The translations under genes were made by a program, and so were the position numbers. The notes beneath the pieces are model-generated. The model was not told where the DNA came from. It saw nothing but the letters and a program-made list of their open reading frames with translations, and did no database searches. Below, in pieces: positions 9,738 through 19,605 of a stretch of 64,000 nucleotides of DNA (position 1 is the first letter of the stretch; every line of letters starts with the position of its first letter). Origin of the DNA: Anaerohalosphaeraceae bacterium (GTDB taxonomy: Bacteria > Planctomycetota > Phycisphaerae > Sedimentisphaerales > Anaerohalosphaeraceae); NCBI GenBank assembly GCA_050309605.1, contig JBNRMN010000063.1:1-64000 (forward strand), read 5' to 3'.

Positions 9738-10606
9738 CAGAGACAATGAAAACACCATCTTCCGGTCTCATTCGACCTATTGCGACGGTGATGTGGATTG
9801 TGTGTGCGGCTTTCGGCGCTGCTGAATCGACCGGCGCTGAAACGACCACGGATATTTGGCAGGATGCGTTGATCCATCCGTTTGATTCGATTGCCCTGAC
9901 CGAACAGCAGATCGATCGGTTTCTTGCGCGTCTGGCACAGTCGAGTCCGGAACGAGCCGCCGAGCTGGGAAAGATGCGCATTACACATCCGCAGCAGTTT
10001 CGCTGGGAAATTCGCGAGGAGATGTCCCAGCGTTTTTTCCAGCGAATACAGCCGCCCGCCGAGGCCGAGCCGGAGACAAAACCGACGCCCGCCGTGGCCG
10101 CCGAGCCGCCGGTTGAGCGGGATGAAGCGATGCTGAAAAAGCGGACGGAGCTGATTGCCTGGCTGGAAACGCATTTCCCTCAGCAGGCCGAAGAGTTGAA
10201 GACCAATCCGTCGCCGTCGCCCGAACGTATCGATCATCTTTTCACACGCTATGAGCCGATTATGCGGGCCGAACGTACTCATCCTCCGCTGGCCGAGGCG
10301 ATGATAGAAGACATCACGGTTCAGATGCGCCGCGATGAACTGCTGATGGAATTACAGTACGCCCAGACCGCCGAGAGCGAGGCAATCATTGCCGAACTTG
10401 AAGACCTTGTTGCCAAACGTTTCGATTTGATCATTCTCAAGCGGCAGCTTCAGCACGATCAACTGCATCGCCGACTGGCTCGCCTTCAGCAGGAGCTTGA
10501 CAGGCAGAAACAGGAACTGGACGCGCTGAAAAAGACCAAAGAACAATCCGTCAAAGCGCGCGTCGGTGAATTATTGAAAAGCGTTGAAAAGACCGACTGG
10601 CAGTGA
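9734..10606 (+). CDS. secreted coiled-coil hypothetical protein
   Basis: signal-peptide-like N-terminus; two similar helical segments (SPERAAELGKM / FPQQAEELKT) and heptad-rich C-terminus; coupled to upstream gene. Confidence 0.65.
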   Translation: MTETMKTPSSGLIRPIATVMWIVCAAFGAAESTGAETTTDIWQDALIHPFDSIALTEQQIDRFLARLAQSSPERAAELGKMRITHPQQFRWEIREEMSQRFFQRIQPPAEAEPETKPTPAVAAEPPVERDEAMLKKRTELIAWLETHFPQQAEELKTNPSPSPERIDHLFTRYEPIMRAERTHPPLAEAMIEDITVQMRRDELLMELQYAQTAESEAIIAELEDLVAKRFDLIILKRQLQHDQLHRRLARLQQELDRQKQELDALKKTKEQSVKARVGELLKSVEKTDWQ

Positions 10607-10629
10607 GGCGGCAACATGGGTCCTACGGC

Positions 10630-11475
10630 TCAGCGATGAAGCTGTTCCTGTTCCCGGCGGGTCGCTTCGCGGAGGATTTCTTTTTCTTTGGGCGTCAGAC
10701 TGGTCAGGCCGTCTTTGTTGATTTTTTCAAGGATGCGATCCACTTCCACCACAAACATCCGTTCGTTTTCAATTTTTTGTGACCAGTTGCCTTTGTTTTT
10801 TTTCATCCGCAGATCGTTCAGCAGCGGCTGATACAGCACGTACAGCACGCCGACGACAATCCCCGTCAGGTGTGCCGCTTCGCCTCCCGCGTTATGGCCC
10901 TGCATAAAAAACAGCAGACTGACCACCACCGCCAGAATGGCCGTGGTGCGCATACTCATCGGGACGATACCGAAAAAGTACACCCGTAAATGCGGATACA
11001 TCACGGCGATGGCGCCCAACATGCCGTACAGTGCGCCGGAGGCCCCCATCATCGGCAAAGCCTCCAGAACGCCCAGGATTACCAGCAGCGTATAGACGAC
11101 CCCGCCGGCCGCCCCGGCGCAGAGATAAAACTTCAAAAACCGGCGCGAACCCCACTGCCGTTCCAGCAGCGGGCCAAAGAAAAACAGCATCAGCATATTG
11201 AAAAAAATATGCGTAATGCCTCTCGGATCATGCAGAAATTGATAGGAGATCAACCGCCAGACCTGCGCAATATGACCCCATCCGGCCGGATAGACGGTGC
11301 CAAAGCCGTATATCCTCTCGCCGAGCGGCGGGATCAGGAATGAGACCAGATAAATACCGATATTGATGATCAGAAGCCATTTGACCACCGGCGGCAGCGC
11401 GGGCATGGCAAACTGTACCCGACGTCGGGCGGCTCCGTAGTCATCCTGCAAGTAATCGCGGTCGTAAATACCCAT
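10630..11475 (-). CDS. rhomboid family intramembrane serine protease with C-terminal helical tail (DUF6576-like)
   Basis: WRLISYQFLH, HIFFNM, GASG, AHLTG; tail VDRILEKI...GLTSLT..EK. Confidence 0.92.
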   Translation of the reverse strand: MGIYDRDYLQDDYGAARRRVQFAMPALPPVVKWLLIINIGIYLVSFLIPPLGERIYGFGTVYPAGWGHIAQVWRLISYQFLHDPRGITHIFFNMLMLFFFGPLLERQWGSRRFLKFYLCAGAAGGVVYTLLVILGVLEALPMMGASGALYGMLGAIAVMYPHLRVYFFGIVPMSMRTTAILAVVVSLLFFMQGHNAGGEAAHLTGIVVGVLYVLYQPLLNDLRMKKNKGNWSQKIENERMFVVEVDRILEKINKDGLTSLTPKEKEILREATRREQEQLHR

Positions 11476-11564
11476 AAACCTATCATAAAATGACATAGTG
11501 AAAAGCGGTTGAATCTGCTATACTATCGCCCAAATCGATTTGAAGTTCAACCCTATTTTTGAAG

Positions 11565-12740
11565 ATGACCGATTTTGGATACTTAGCCAAAGACCTGGAG
11601 CGGTTGCGCGCTGCGCATATGTTTCGAGCGTGCCGCTGTATCGATTCGTCTCAGGGGCCGGTGGTGCGGATGGACGGTGACAGCGAAAAGGTGCTGTTTT
11701 GCAGTAACAACTATCTGAATCTGGCCGAGGATCCGCGTGTGATTGAGGCGGCTTGTCGGGCGATGCGTATGTATGGATTCGGATCGGCCGCGGCCCGGCT
11801 CATCAGCGGCACGATGCGACCGCACGCCGCGCTGGAACAGGCGGCGGCTGATTTTCTGGGCAAGCAGGCGGCTTTGTATTTGCCCAGCGGCTGGGCGGCC
11901 AACCAGGCCCTTCTCACGACGCTGCCGCAAAAAGGCGACCTGGTGCTGTTGGACCGCTATGACCACGCCTCCATCATCGATGCCGTTCGTTCCTGTCCGG
12001 CCGAGTTTCGCACGTATCGACGCGACCGGCCGGATCGGCTCCGGCGGCTGCTGGAGCAGGGCGGCAATCAACGCCGCTTTATCGTAACCGAGAGCGTTTT
12101 TTCAATGGACGGCGATTGTGCCGACCTGAAGGCCTTGGTCGAGCTGAAACAGCGGTACGGGGCGATTCTGATTGTCGATGAGGCCCACGGGCTGGGCTGT
12201 CTGGGTCACAATGGGGCCGGGTTGTGCCAGGAACAGGGGGTGCTGGCACAGGTTGATATTATCGTCGCGCCGCTGGGCAAGGCCGTCGGCGCCTCCGGCG
12301 GGTTGATAGTTGGGCCGCGCAGGGTGATTGACTATGTGGTCAACAAGGCCAGGCCGTTTATTTTTACGACCGCGCCGCCGCCGGCGATAGCCGCCGGGGT
12401 GACCGAGGCGATCCGGATCATCCAGTCCGAGCCGCAGCGTCGTCAGCGCCTGCAGGACAACGCCGCATACCTGCGAAAGCGATTCTCGGCGATGGGGCTG
12501 GACATCGGCGACAGCTCGACGCACATTATTCCGGTGCTGCTGGGCCAGTCAGACAGGGCATTGGCCGTTTCGACGGCGCTTTTTGAGGCGGGTTACTACG
12601 CCGCGGCCATTCGCCCCCCAACCGTGCCGCCCGACACCGCCCGGCTGCGGATTTCCGTACAGGCCGACCACACCGAGGCGCAAATGGCGGGATTGTGCGC
12701 GGCGCTGGGTGGGATTTTGAAGTCAGAGGACAGAAGGTAG
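11565..12740 (+). CDS. bioF: 8-amino-7-oxononanoate synthase
   Basis: FCSNNYLNL, HASIIDA, ESVFSMDGD, VDEAHG, LGKA, AIRPPTVP. Confidence 0.9.
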   Translation: MTDFGYLAKDLERLRAAHMFRACRCIDSSQGPVVRMDGDSEKVLFCSNNYLNLAEDPRVIEAACRAMRMYGFGSAAARLISGTMRPHAALEQAAADFLGKQAALYLPSGWAANQALLTTLPQKGDLVLLDRYDHASIIDAVRSCPAEFRTYRRDRPDRLRRLLEQGGNQRRFIVTESVFSMDGDCADLKALVELKQRYGAILIVDEAHGLGCLGHNGAGLCQEQGVLAQVDIIVAPLGKAVGASGGLIVGPRRVIDYVVNKARPFIFTTAPPPAIAAGVTEAIRIIQSEPQRRQRLQDNAAYLRKRFSAMGLDIGDSSTHIIPVLLGQSDRALAVSTALFEAGYYAAAIRPPTVPPDTARLRISVQADHTEAQMAGLCAALGGILKSEDRR

Positions 12741-12786
12741 AGGATAGAGATTGGGGTTTGTGTGGTGGAAAGAAGGGATTTGTTTT

Positions 12787-12825
12787 CCCTCTCCCCCAGC
12801 CCGCTGCGCGGGCTGGGGGAGAGGG
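12787..12825. repeat. perfect 18-bp hairpin upstream of tnpA
   Basis: CCCTCTCCCCCAGCCCGC-TGC-GCGGGCTGGGGGAGAGGG. Confidence 0.85.
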
Positions 12826-12834
12826 GGTGGGGGG

Positions 12835-12962
12835 GCGAGTCTTTAATCCACGGGCTTAGGCCCGAGGCTACAAGATGGCGCCTGCTGCGCAGGCTGTGGA
12901 AGCGAGTCTTTAATCCACGGCCTTATGGCCGAGGCTACGGGATGCCGCCTGCTGCGCAGGCT
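12835..12962. repeat. two tandem 61-bp REP-like units (period 67) upstream of tnpA
   Basis: GCGAGTCTTTAATCCACGG..GAGGCTAC..GATG.CGCCTGCTGCGCAGGCT at 12835-12895 and 12902-12962; minus strand reads GTAG followed by an imperfect hairpin. Confidence 0.85.
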
Positions 12963-13018
12963 TTTGATAGACTGTCTGCTGCGCGGGCTTTGAGATTGAA
13001 TGTCGGCGAATAAAAGGA

Positions 13019-13477
13019 ATGCAAACAATGGGCCATACGTATTCAAACAATCTTTACCCTATTATTTTCAGCACGAAAGACCGCTGTGGTTTAATCGCAG
13101 ATGCTTACCGTCAAGAGCTTCATCGTTATCTGTGCGGGATTGTTGGCAATCTGGACTGTGCGACCATAGACCTCAATAGTGTCATTGACCACATTCACCT
13201 GCTTGTCAAAATCAAACCGTCTCTTTCCGTCTCACAGTGTGTAGGCAAGATCAAAGCGAACTCTTCACGCTGGATGAAAGAACGCTTTGCCTTGCCTTAT
13301 GGGTTTCAATGGCAAACCGGGTTTTCCAGTTTTACGGTGAGCGAATCGTCGGTTGAAAGCGTCAAGCGCTATATTCAAAATCAGCCGGAGCACCATCGAA
13401 CGGTCAGCTTTGCCGAGGAACTTAAAGTGTTTCTTGAAAAACACGGCATCGCGTATGACCCGGGGGCGATGGGCTGA
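13019..13477 (+). mobile_element. tnpA: IS200/IS605-family Y1 HUH transposase (REP-associated), possibly degenerating
   Basis: IFSTKDR, DHIHLL (HUH), KANSSRW, WQTG, RYIQNQ (catalytic Tyr); no tnpB follows. Confidence 0.88.
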
Positions 13478-13489
13478 AGCCCATCCTAC
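13468..13489 (-). repeat. GTAG-type REP overlapping the tnpA stop codon
   Basis: minus strand GTAGGATGGGCTTCAGCCCATC: GTAG foot + 8-bp stem GATGGGCT/AGCCCATC. Confidence 0.75.
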
Positions 13490-13525
13490 GACTGGTCGAT
13501 TGACGATTGGCGATTGATTATTGGG

Positions 13526-13591
13526 GTGGAATTTTTCTTGTTTTATACCCCCTCCCCGCTTTGCGGTACTCCCCCTTGGCAGGGGCAGAGT
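13526..13591 (-). repeat. family-C hairpin repeat, inverted copy of 32124-32189
   Basis: 60/66 identity by manual alignment with 32124-32189. Confidence 0.85.
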
Positions 13592-13782
13592 GTTTTGGTT
13601 GGCTACGGGGGTAAAAGTGCGACCTATTGGGTGTATAGAAGAGAGGACAGGTTTTATTGTGCCCGAAATATTTGATTTCCGGGTGCTGTTGCAGGCATCT
13701 TTTTCCGATATAATAGCATTGCACTGTGCACGAGCGAAAGGCCGCAGCGGCCGACGGAAGAGATTGTTTAATATCGGACTTT

Positions 13783-16380
13783 ATGGAGCGATACTGGACA
13801 AAAAAGAGGCTGGTCGATCTGGCCCATGGCGATGCGGAGACGGTTCGTCAATGGCAGTCGCAGTACGGACGGTTCATTTATACGTGGCTTTATTTTCAGC
13901 TTGACAAGGATGAATCCCGTGCCGCCGCTTTGACGGCCCAGACCCTGTCGCAGGCGCTGCTGAATCTGTCGGCGTTTGATCCGGAACAGACGACGATATA
14001 TCTGTGGCTCAAAGAGATCGCCGCCGAGCAGCTTCAATCGGCCCTGGCCCGGGACCATGGCAAGGTCCGGCGTCCGGTCGCCTGGTCGCAGTTGCCTGTT
14101 AGGGTGTTCGAATCGCTGCGCCGTCTGCGCAGTGAGCCGGTTGCGCCGGACGTGCCGGCGTGCGGGGCGGTCATTGAAATGGTACAGGCGGCGCTGGCGG
14201 ATCTGTCCGAACAGGATCGCGACCTGCTTGTCCGGCGTTATATTCGCCTGGATACTCTCGAGCATATCGCCTCGGAACTGAATCTGTCGTTTGAGAAAGT
14301 CAATCAGCAGCTTTATCTGGCCCGTCATGCTTTTCGACGCGGGTTGTTTTATCTGTTTCAGTCGGTCAACGCCAACGCGATTGAGCCGGCCGGCGCCGGC
14401 GGAGTGGATGTGTTTGAGAGCAATCTCGAAACGCTGCTGCGTTCGGTCAATCCCGCGGCCATGATTCAGGCCGACCACGCCGAGCAAATCAAACGTCTCG
14501 TTCTTCAGACCGCCTCTGAAGTGGCGCAGCATCCGCCCATTGCGGCGCCGTCGAAACGCCGATTCAATACTAAACTCGTCGCGGCGGCGGTCGTCGTCTT
14601 GGCGGTCGGGCTGGTAACGGCTGTTTTCGTGATGCGTCGGCACTCAAAAGACCCCGTCGCAGTGCCGCAGCCGGCTGTCCCGCAGGCAAGTGAACCCCAA
14701 ACGCCGCCGGCTTCTTCCTCATCGGAGCAATCGCCCGAGCTGGCCCAAAGCGTTGATGAGCTTCAGCGGGTGTTGGAAATCGGCATGCGGGGCGATGCCG
14801 CCGGTTTGCTGGAGGTGCTCAAATCCGGCAGCGAGATTGCCCAAATGGCCGCGGCGCACTATCTGGGGCGGGTTGGTGATGCCTCGGCCATTGAGCCGCT
14901 CGAACTGGCCGAAAGCCGCTGGTTTCCAAATGGCTCGCCGGATAACCCGTTTGCACTGGCAATTGCCCAAATTCATCAGCGGCTTGAAGAGGCGATACCG
15001 TCGCAACCGACTGCGCCCGATAGTGCTGAACCGACCGAGACGGTACAGCAGGAACCACAGGCCGAACCTCAAACGCCGCCGGCTATTTCAGGGCAGGTGA
15101 TCGGGATTGACGGGGCACGACTTGCCGGCGTTGAGACGGTCGTTCGCGCGGAGGGCCAGACGTCGCAGGGGCAAACGCTCACGGCCGTCACCGATGACCA
15201 GGGACGCTACGCCTTCGACGCACTGCCGGACGGATTGTGCGTGGTGTCGGTACGCGACCCGCAGCGGCGCATCGCCGAGACGCATCAAATGGTTTGGGCG
15301 GTCGCCGGGCAGCCTTTGACGTTGGATTTCGGCGGCGCCGCTTCAATTGCCGGTGCGGTGATCATCGATGACGAGCCGCTGGCCGAACAGGTGCTGCTGC
15401 TTTCGGATAATTTTCAGAATCCCGAACAAGGCGTTTTTGCCGCTGTGATGCAGACGGACGCGCAGGGCGTTTTTTACTGTACCGGCGTGCCGACAGGGCA
15501 CTACGGCCTGTTTGCCCGTCTCATGGCCAATCGCTGGACACTGCTGGAGCGTTTTGAGGCCGATCGGTCGGATGTGTCCCTGCTGATTGACCCGCCTGCT
15601 GTTGAGCTGACGGTGCAGGCGCCTGAGTTGCCCGATGCACTCGTAATGACGGCGGTTTCGCTTCGATACAGTCCCGACAGTGCCGATACGCTGGCGGTCT
15701 GGATGGGCGTTAAAACCGAAGAGCCGACTGTCTTTCGTATCCACGGCGTTCTTCCGTCAGACTATACGCTTTGTATGGATTTCAGCAATGGCGTTCGCTG
15801 GATGCGGAATATTTCGGTAGATCAGCGAGCTGAACAGCTTTTTATTGCCGAAGCGATTCCTTATGGCTTGGCCGGATTAACGGGGCAGTTCCTGAGCGAC
15901 TGGCCTGACGGCCTGACGCTGGAGTCCGCCGATCCGCCGGTTCGGGTCAGTGTGATGCCGGAACCGGACGGCGGTTATGTGCTGGACGGACTGCCGCCGG
16001 CAATGTATGCGCTGGGCGCGACAGTCAACCGGCTCTTTGTGCCGTATCTGGAAATCGGACTGTATGACGACCAGCCGGTCGTCTATGATCCGGATCCGCA
16101 GCAGCTTGCCCAAAGCCGCAGTCCGCTGTATGTGTATGCAACCGACGCCCAGGGTCGCGGTCTGGCCGGCGGCCAGGTCTGGCTGGCGGATGACACCGGC
16201 CTTTATCCCGCGGAACCGTTTGAGCGGGGCTATTTTGCCGCCGCTCCGCCCGGGCGATATACGCTCTATGCAGTGTTTGCCGGCTATGAAGCCGTCGGGC
16301 AGACGGTGGAACTGCCGGCCTCAACCCTCCGCGCCGCTCGCGACGCGAACAACACCGTCGTCGTTCGCCTGAACCCGTAA
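13783..16380 (+). CDS. ECF sigma-like domain fused to TM helix, HEAT-like repeat and carboxypeptidase-regulatory-like beta domains
   Basis: N-term degenerate sigma2 (LSAFDPEQTTIYLWLKEIA) and sigma4 (LADLSEQDRDLLVRRY..LEHIASELN..VNQQLYLAR); TM KLVAAAVVVLAVGLVTAVFVM; AAAHYLGRVGDASAIEPL; ISGQVIGIDG..TDDQGRYAFDALPDG. Confidence 0.8.
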   Translation: MERYWTKKRLVDLAHGDAETVRQWQSQYGRFIYTWLYFQLDKDESRAAALTAQTLSQALLNLSAFDPEQTTIYLWLKEIAAEQLQSALARDHGKVRRPVAWSQLPVRVFESLRRLRSEPVAPDVPACGAVIEMVQAALADLSEQDRDLLVRRYIRLDTLEHIASELNLSFEKVNQQLYLARHAFRRGLFYLFQSVNANAIEPAGAGGVDVFESNLETLLRSVNPAAMIQADHAEQIKRLVLQTASEVAQHPPIAAPSKRRFNTKLVAAAVVVLAVGLVTAVFVMRRHSKDPVAVPQPAVPQASEPQTPPASSSSEQSPELAQSVDELQRVLEIGMRGDAAGLLEVLKSGSEIAQMAAAHYLGRVGDASAIEPLELAESRWFPNGSPDNPFALAIAQIHQRLEEAIPSQPTAPDSAEPTETVQQEPQAEPQTPPAISGQVIGIDGARLAGVETVVRAEGQTSQGQTLTAVTDDQGRYAFDALPDGLCVVSVRDPQRRIAETHQMVWAVAGQPLTLDFGGAASIAGAVIIDDEPLAEQVLLLSDNFQNPEQGVFAAVMQTDAQGVFYCTGVPTGHYGLFARLMANRWTLLERFEADRSDVSLLIDPPAVELTVQAPELPDALVMTAVSLRYSPDSADTLAVWMGVKTEEPTVFRIHGVLPSDYTLCMDFSNGVRWMRNISVDQRAEQLFIAEAIPYGLAGLTGQFLSDWPDGLTLESADPPVRVSVMPEPDGGYVLDGLPPAMYALGATVNRLFVPYLEIGLYDDQPVVYDPDPQQLAQSRSPLYVYATDAQGRGLAGGQVWLADDTGLYPAEPFERGYFAAAPPGRYTLYAVFAGYEAVGQTVELPASTLRAARDANNTVVVRLNP

Positions 16381-16522
16381 AACCATATCAAATTACACCT
16401 CATAAGCGGCTGGTCGCCCGCCTCCACTGAAAACCAAAACCCCGAAAATCCTTGATTTATAGAGGGGCGGGTGCTACTCTGTTTGCATCTGATGAGGTCG
16501 TGATTATGCTTTGAGGTCAACT

Positions 16523-16969
16523 ATGCGAAAAATACGGATATTGTGCCCGTTTTTGGCGATTGCGGCGGGTGTTTTGGCCGGGTGTGTTGAGCGGCGGCTG
16601 ACGATTGTAACCGAGCCGGAAGGGGCGGTGGTCTGGCTGAATGATGAGGAAATCGGGGACGCTCCGGTTACGGTCAATTTTAATTGGTACGGGGACTATC
16701 GGGTGCGGATTGAAAAGCCCGGCTACGAGACGCTGAACACCCATCGGCTGCTGGAGCGGCCTTTGCACGACCGGCCCGGCTTTGATTTTGTCGCAGAGGT
16801 ACTCTGGCCGGGGCGTATTGTGGACGAGTATCAATGGGAATTTGAGTTACAGCCCTATCAGCCGCCCGAATCGGCTCAACTGCTTGAGCAGGCCGAGGCG
16901 ATGCGCGCCCGCGCCGAGAACGAACTGGGCGTCATTGCCGTAGAAATACTGAAAGAAGAACAGAAGTAA
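16523..16969 (+). CDS. PEGA-domain lipoprotein
   Basis: lipobox LAGC; TIVTEPEGAVVWLNDEEIG..P; YRVRIEKPGYE. Confidence 0.85.
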   Translation: MRKIRILCPFLAIAAGVLAGCVERRLTIVTEPEGAVVWLNDEEIGDAPVTVNFNWYGDYRVRIEKPGYETLNTHRLLERPLHDRPGFDFVAEVLWPGRIVDEYQWEFELQPYQPPESAQLLEQAEAMRARAENELGVIAVEILKEEQK

Positions 16970-17089
16970 GAACGAATGGTGGGCCGGCTTGAAATCTGAA
17001 ACCGGAAATATCCTATTCCGTTTCAGTGGCTCACATTTCTCCAAACGGTCGTTTTGTCGAGACGGCCTTACCCTTTTGAGGAGTCAACG

Positions 17090-19063
17090 ATGCAGAAAAC
17101 GCTGACCTATAAAATCCTTGAAAACCACCTCGTCGAAGGGCAGCTTGTCCCCGGCGAACCGATTGGGATTCGTATTGACCAGACGCTGACGCAGGATGCC
17201 ACCGGCACAACGGCGTTTTTGCTGTTCGAGTCGATGGGTATCGGCCGTGTGAAAACCGACCTGTCGGTTAGCTATGTGGATCATAATATGTCGCAGTTCG
17301 GGCCGGAAAACCACAACGATCATTTGTACCTTCAGACCATCGCCGCACGCAGCGGGGTCTATCACTCCCGCCCGGGCAACGGCATCTGTCATCAGGTGCA
17401 TTTGGAACGATTCGGCCGGCCCGGCGCAACCCTGCTGGGCAGCGACTCGCACACGCCGACCGGCGGCGGGCTGGGGATGCTGGCCATCGGCGCCGGCGGG
17501 CTGGATGTGGCCGCGGCCATGGGCGGCGGGGCATTTTATCTGACCTGTCCGAAGGTCATCGGCGTGGAACTGACCGGCCGGCTGGGCGACTGGGTATCCA
17601 GCAAGGATGTGATTTTGAAGCTGCTGGAGATTTTATCGACCAAAGGCAATGTAGGGTGTGTGGTTGAATACTTTGGTCCGGGTGTTGAAACGCTGACCGT
17701 GCCGCAGCGCGCGACGATCACCAATATGGGCGCCGAGTTGGGTGTAACGACGAGTATCTTTCCCAGCGACTCGATGACACGGGCGTTTTTGCAGGCTCAG
17801 GGACGCGCCGAAGCGTATCAGCCGCTCAGCGCCGATCCTGACCCTGACTATGAGCGGCTTATCAAAATCAATCTGTCACAACTGGAGCCGATGGCGGCCT
17901 GTCCGTCGTCGCCGGATAACATTCAGCCGATTCCGGCCATCGAAGGGCGTCCGCTTGCGCAGGTCGTGATCGGCAGTTGCACCAATTCAAGTTTTATGGA
18001 TTTGATGATGGCCGCGGAGGTGCTCAAAGGCCGTACGGTCGATACGGGTGTGGAGTTTGCCGTAGCGCCGGGCAGTCGGCAGGTCTTGCAGATGCTGGCC
18101 AAAAACGGCATGCTGGCCGAATTGATCGGCGCCGGCGCGCGCATTCTTGAGTCCGGTTGCGGCCCGTGCATTGGGCAGGGCTTTTCGCCCGCTGACGGCG
18201 TGGTAACGCTGCGGACCTTTAACCGTAATTTTGCCGGACGGACGGGAACTCAGGGCGATCAGTGTTATCTGGTCAGCCCGGAAACGGCGGTCGCCTCGGC
18301 TATGATGGGCGAAATCACCGACCCGCGAAAGCTGACCGAACTGATCGGGCTGGGCTATCCGAAAATCAAACTGCCCAGGGAGTTTTTGATTGATGATTCG
18401 ATGATCGAAGTTCCCCCGCCCCCGCAAGAGGCGGGCAAGGTTACGGTGCATCGCGGACCGACGATTGTCGTGCCCGAATCGCCCAAGCCGCTGCCGAGCG
18501 AACTGAACGGTCAGGTGCTGCTCAAGTGCGGCGATAAAATCACGACCGATCACATTATGCCGGCCGGGTCGTTTTTGAAATACCGCTCGAATGTGCCTGT
18601 GTACGCCAAGTCTGTGTTTAACTGTTTCAATGAAGACGGAAAGCCGACGTTTGCCCAGCGCGCCCTGGCGCTCAAACAAAAGGGGATCGCCGGCGTGGTC
18701 GTGGGCGGCGAAAGCTACGGGCAAGGCTCCAGCCGTGAACATGCGGCGCTGTGCCCGATGTATCTGGGCGTGCGGGCGGTGCTGGCCAAGGGTATTGAGC
18801 GGATCCACAAGGCCAATCTGATCAACTTTGCGATTGTACCGATTGAGTTTGCCGACGCGGCTGATTATGACCGCATCAACGCCGGAGATGTGTTGCAGAT
18901 TCCTGATCTGCTTGAGGCGATCAAACTGCTCGATGAGGTTCGGATTATGGATACGACCGGTGGTTTTGAATTCAAAGGTGTGCTGAAACTGTCCTCTCGC
19001 GATCGGAATATTTTGCTGGCCGGCGGCCTGCTGAATCTGGCGAAAAAGACAAATAAAGAATGA
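17090..19063 (+). CDS. aconitate hydratase (short single-chain type)
   Basis: QDATGT, GICHQVH, GSDSHT, IGSCTN, CGPCIG, FNRNF, TTDHI, YGQGSSREHAA; SD GAGGAG. Confidence 0.93.
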   Translation: MQKTLTYKILENHLVEGQLVPGEPIGIRIDQTLTQDATGTTAFLLFESMGIGRVKTDLSVSYVDHNMSQFGPENHNDHLYLQTIAARSGVYHSRPGNGICHQVHLERFGRPGATLLGSDSHTPTGGGLGMLAIGAGGLDVAAAMGGGAFYLTCPKVIGVELTGRLGDWVSSKDVILKLLEILSTKGNVGCVVEYFGPGVETLTVPQRATITNMGAELGVTTSIFPSDSMTRAFLQAQGRAEAYQPLSADPDPDYERLIKINLSQLEPMAACPSSPDNIQPIPAIEGRPLAQVVIGSCTNSSFMDLMMAAEVLKGRTVDTGVEFAVAPGSRQVLQMLAKNGMLAELIGAGARILESGCGPCIGQGFSPADGVVTLRTFNRNFAGRTGTQGDQCYLVSPETAVASAMMGEITDPRKLTELIGLGYPKIKLPREFLIDDSMIEVPPPPQEAGKVTVHRGPTIVVPESPKPLPSELNGQVLLKCGDKITTDHIMPAGSFLKYRSNVPVYAKSVFNCFNEDGKPTFAQRALALKQKGIAGVVVGGESYGQGSSREHAALCPMYLGVRAVLAKGIERIHKANLINFAIVPIEFADAADYDRINAGDVLQIPDLLEAIKLLDEVRIMDTTGGFEFKGVLKLSSRDRNILLAGGLLNLAKKTNKE

Positions 19064-19605
19064 GCAGGGTGTCTGGAAACAGAGTCAAAACGATCACGGT
19101 CTTTGGTACGAGCAAGGCCGAAGAAGGCCAGGCGGCGTATGAGGCGGCGCAGGTGCTGGGTCGTCAGTTGGCCCAGGCCGGGTTTACGCTGGCCAACGGC
19201 GGCTACGGCGGCACGATGCTCGCGGCGGCCAAAGGGGCCAACGACGCCGGCGGCCGGGTCATCGGCGTCACCTGTCGGGCGTTCAAACGCGGGAGAGCCA
19301 ATCCGTATGTGACCGAAGAGCGCCCGACCGAGACGCTCAGCGAACGGCTGGCGACACTGATTGCGCTGGGCGATGCGTATGTGGTTCTGCCCGGCGGGAC
19401 GGGGACACTGCTGGAACTGGCCGAGGTGTGGGAATACAAGAACAAAGGTTTTGCCGACGCGAACAAACCCATTTTACTGGTCGGGGATTTTTGGCGGCCG
19501 CTGATTGAAATGATGCAGTCGCAGGATCCGCGTTGTGGCGCGTGTGTGGAGATGGTCAACGACGCCGGGCAGGCCGCAGGCGTCTTAAGAGAGCGATTGA
19601 AATGA
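19060..19605 (+). CDS. LOG/SLOG family nucleotide-binding protein
   Basis: NGGYGGTM, PGGTGTLLEL. Confidence 0.85.
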   Translation: MSRVSGNRVKTITVFGTSKAEEGQAAYEAAQVLGRQLAQAGFTLANGGYGGTMLAAAKGANDAGGRVIGVTCRAFKRGRANPYVTEERPTETLSERLATLIALGDAYVVLPGGTGTLLELAEVWEYKNKGFADANKPILLVGDFWRPLIEMMQSQDPRCGACVEMVNDAGQAAGVLRERLK

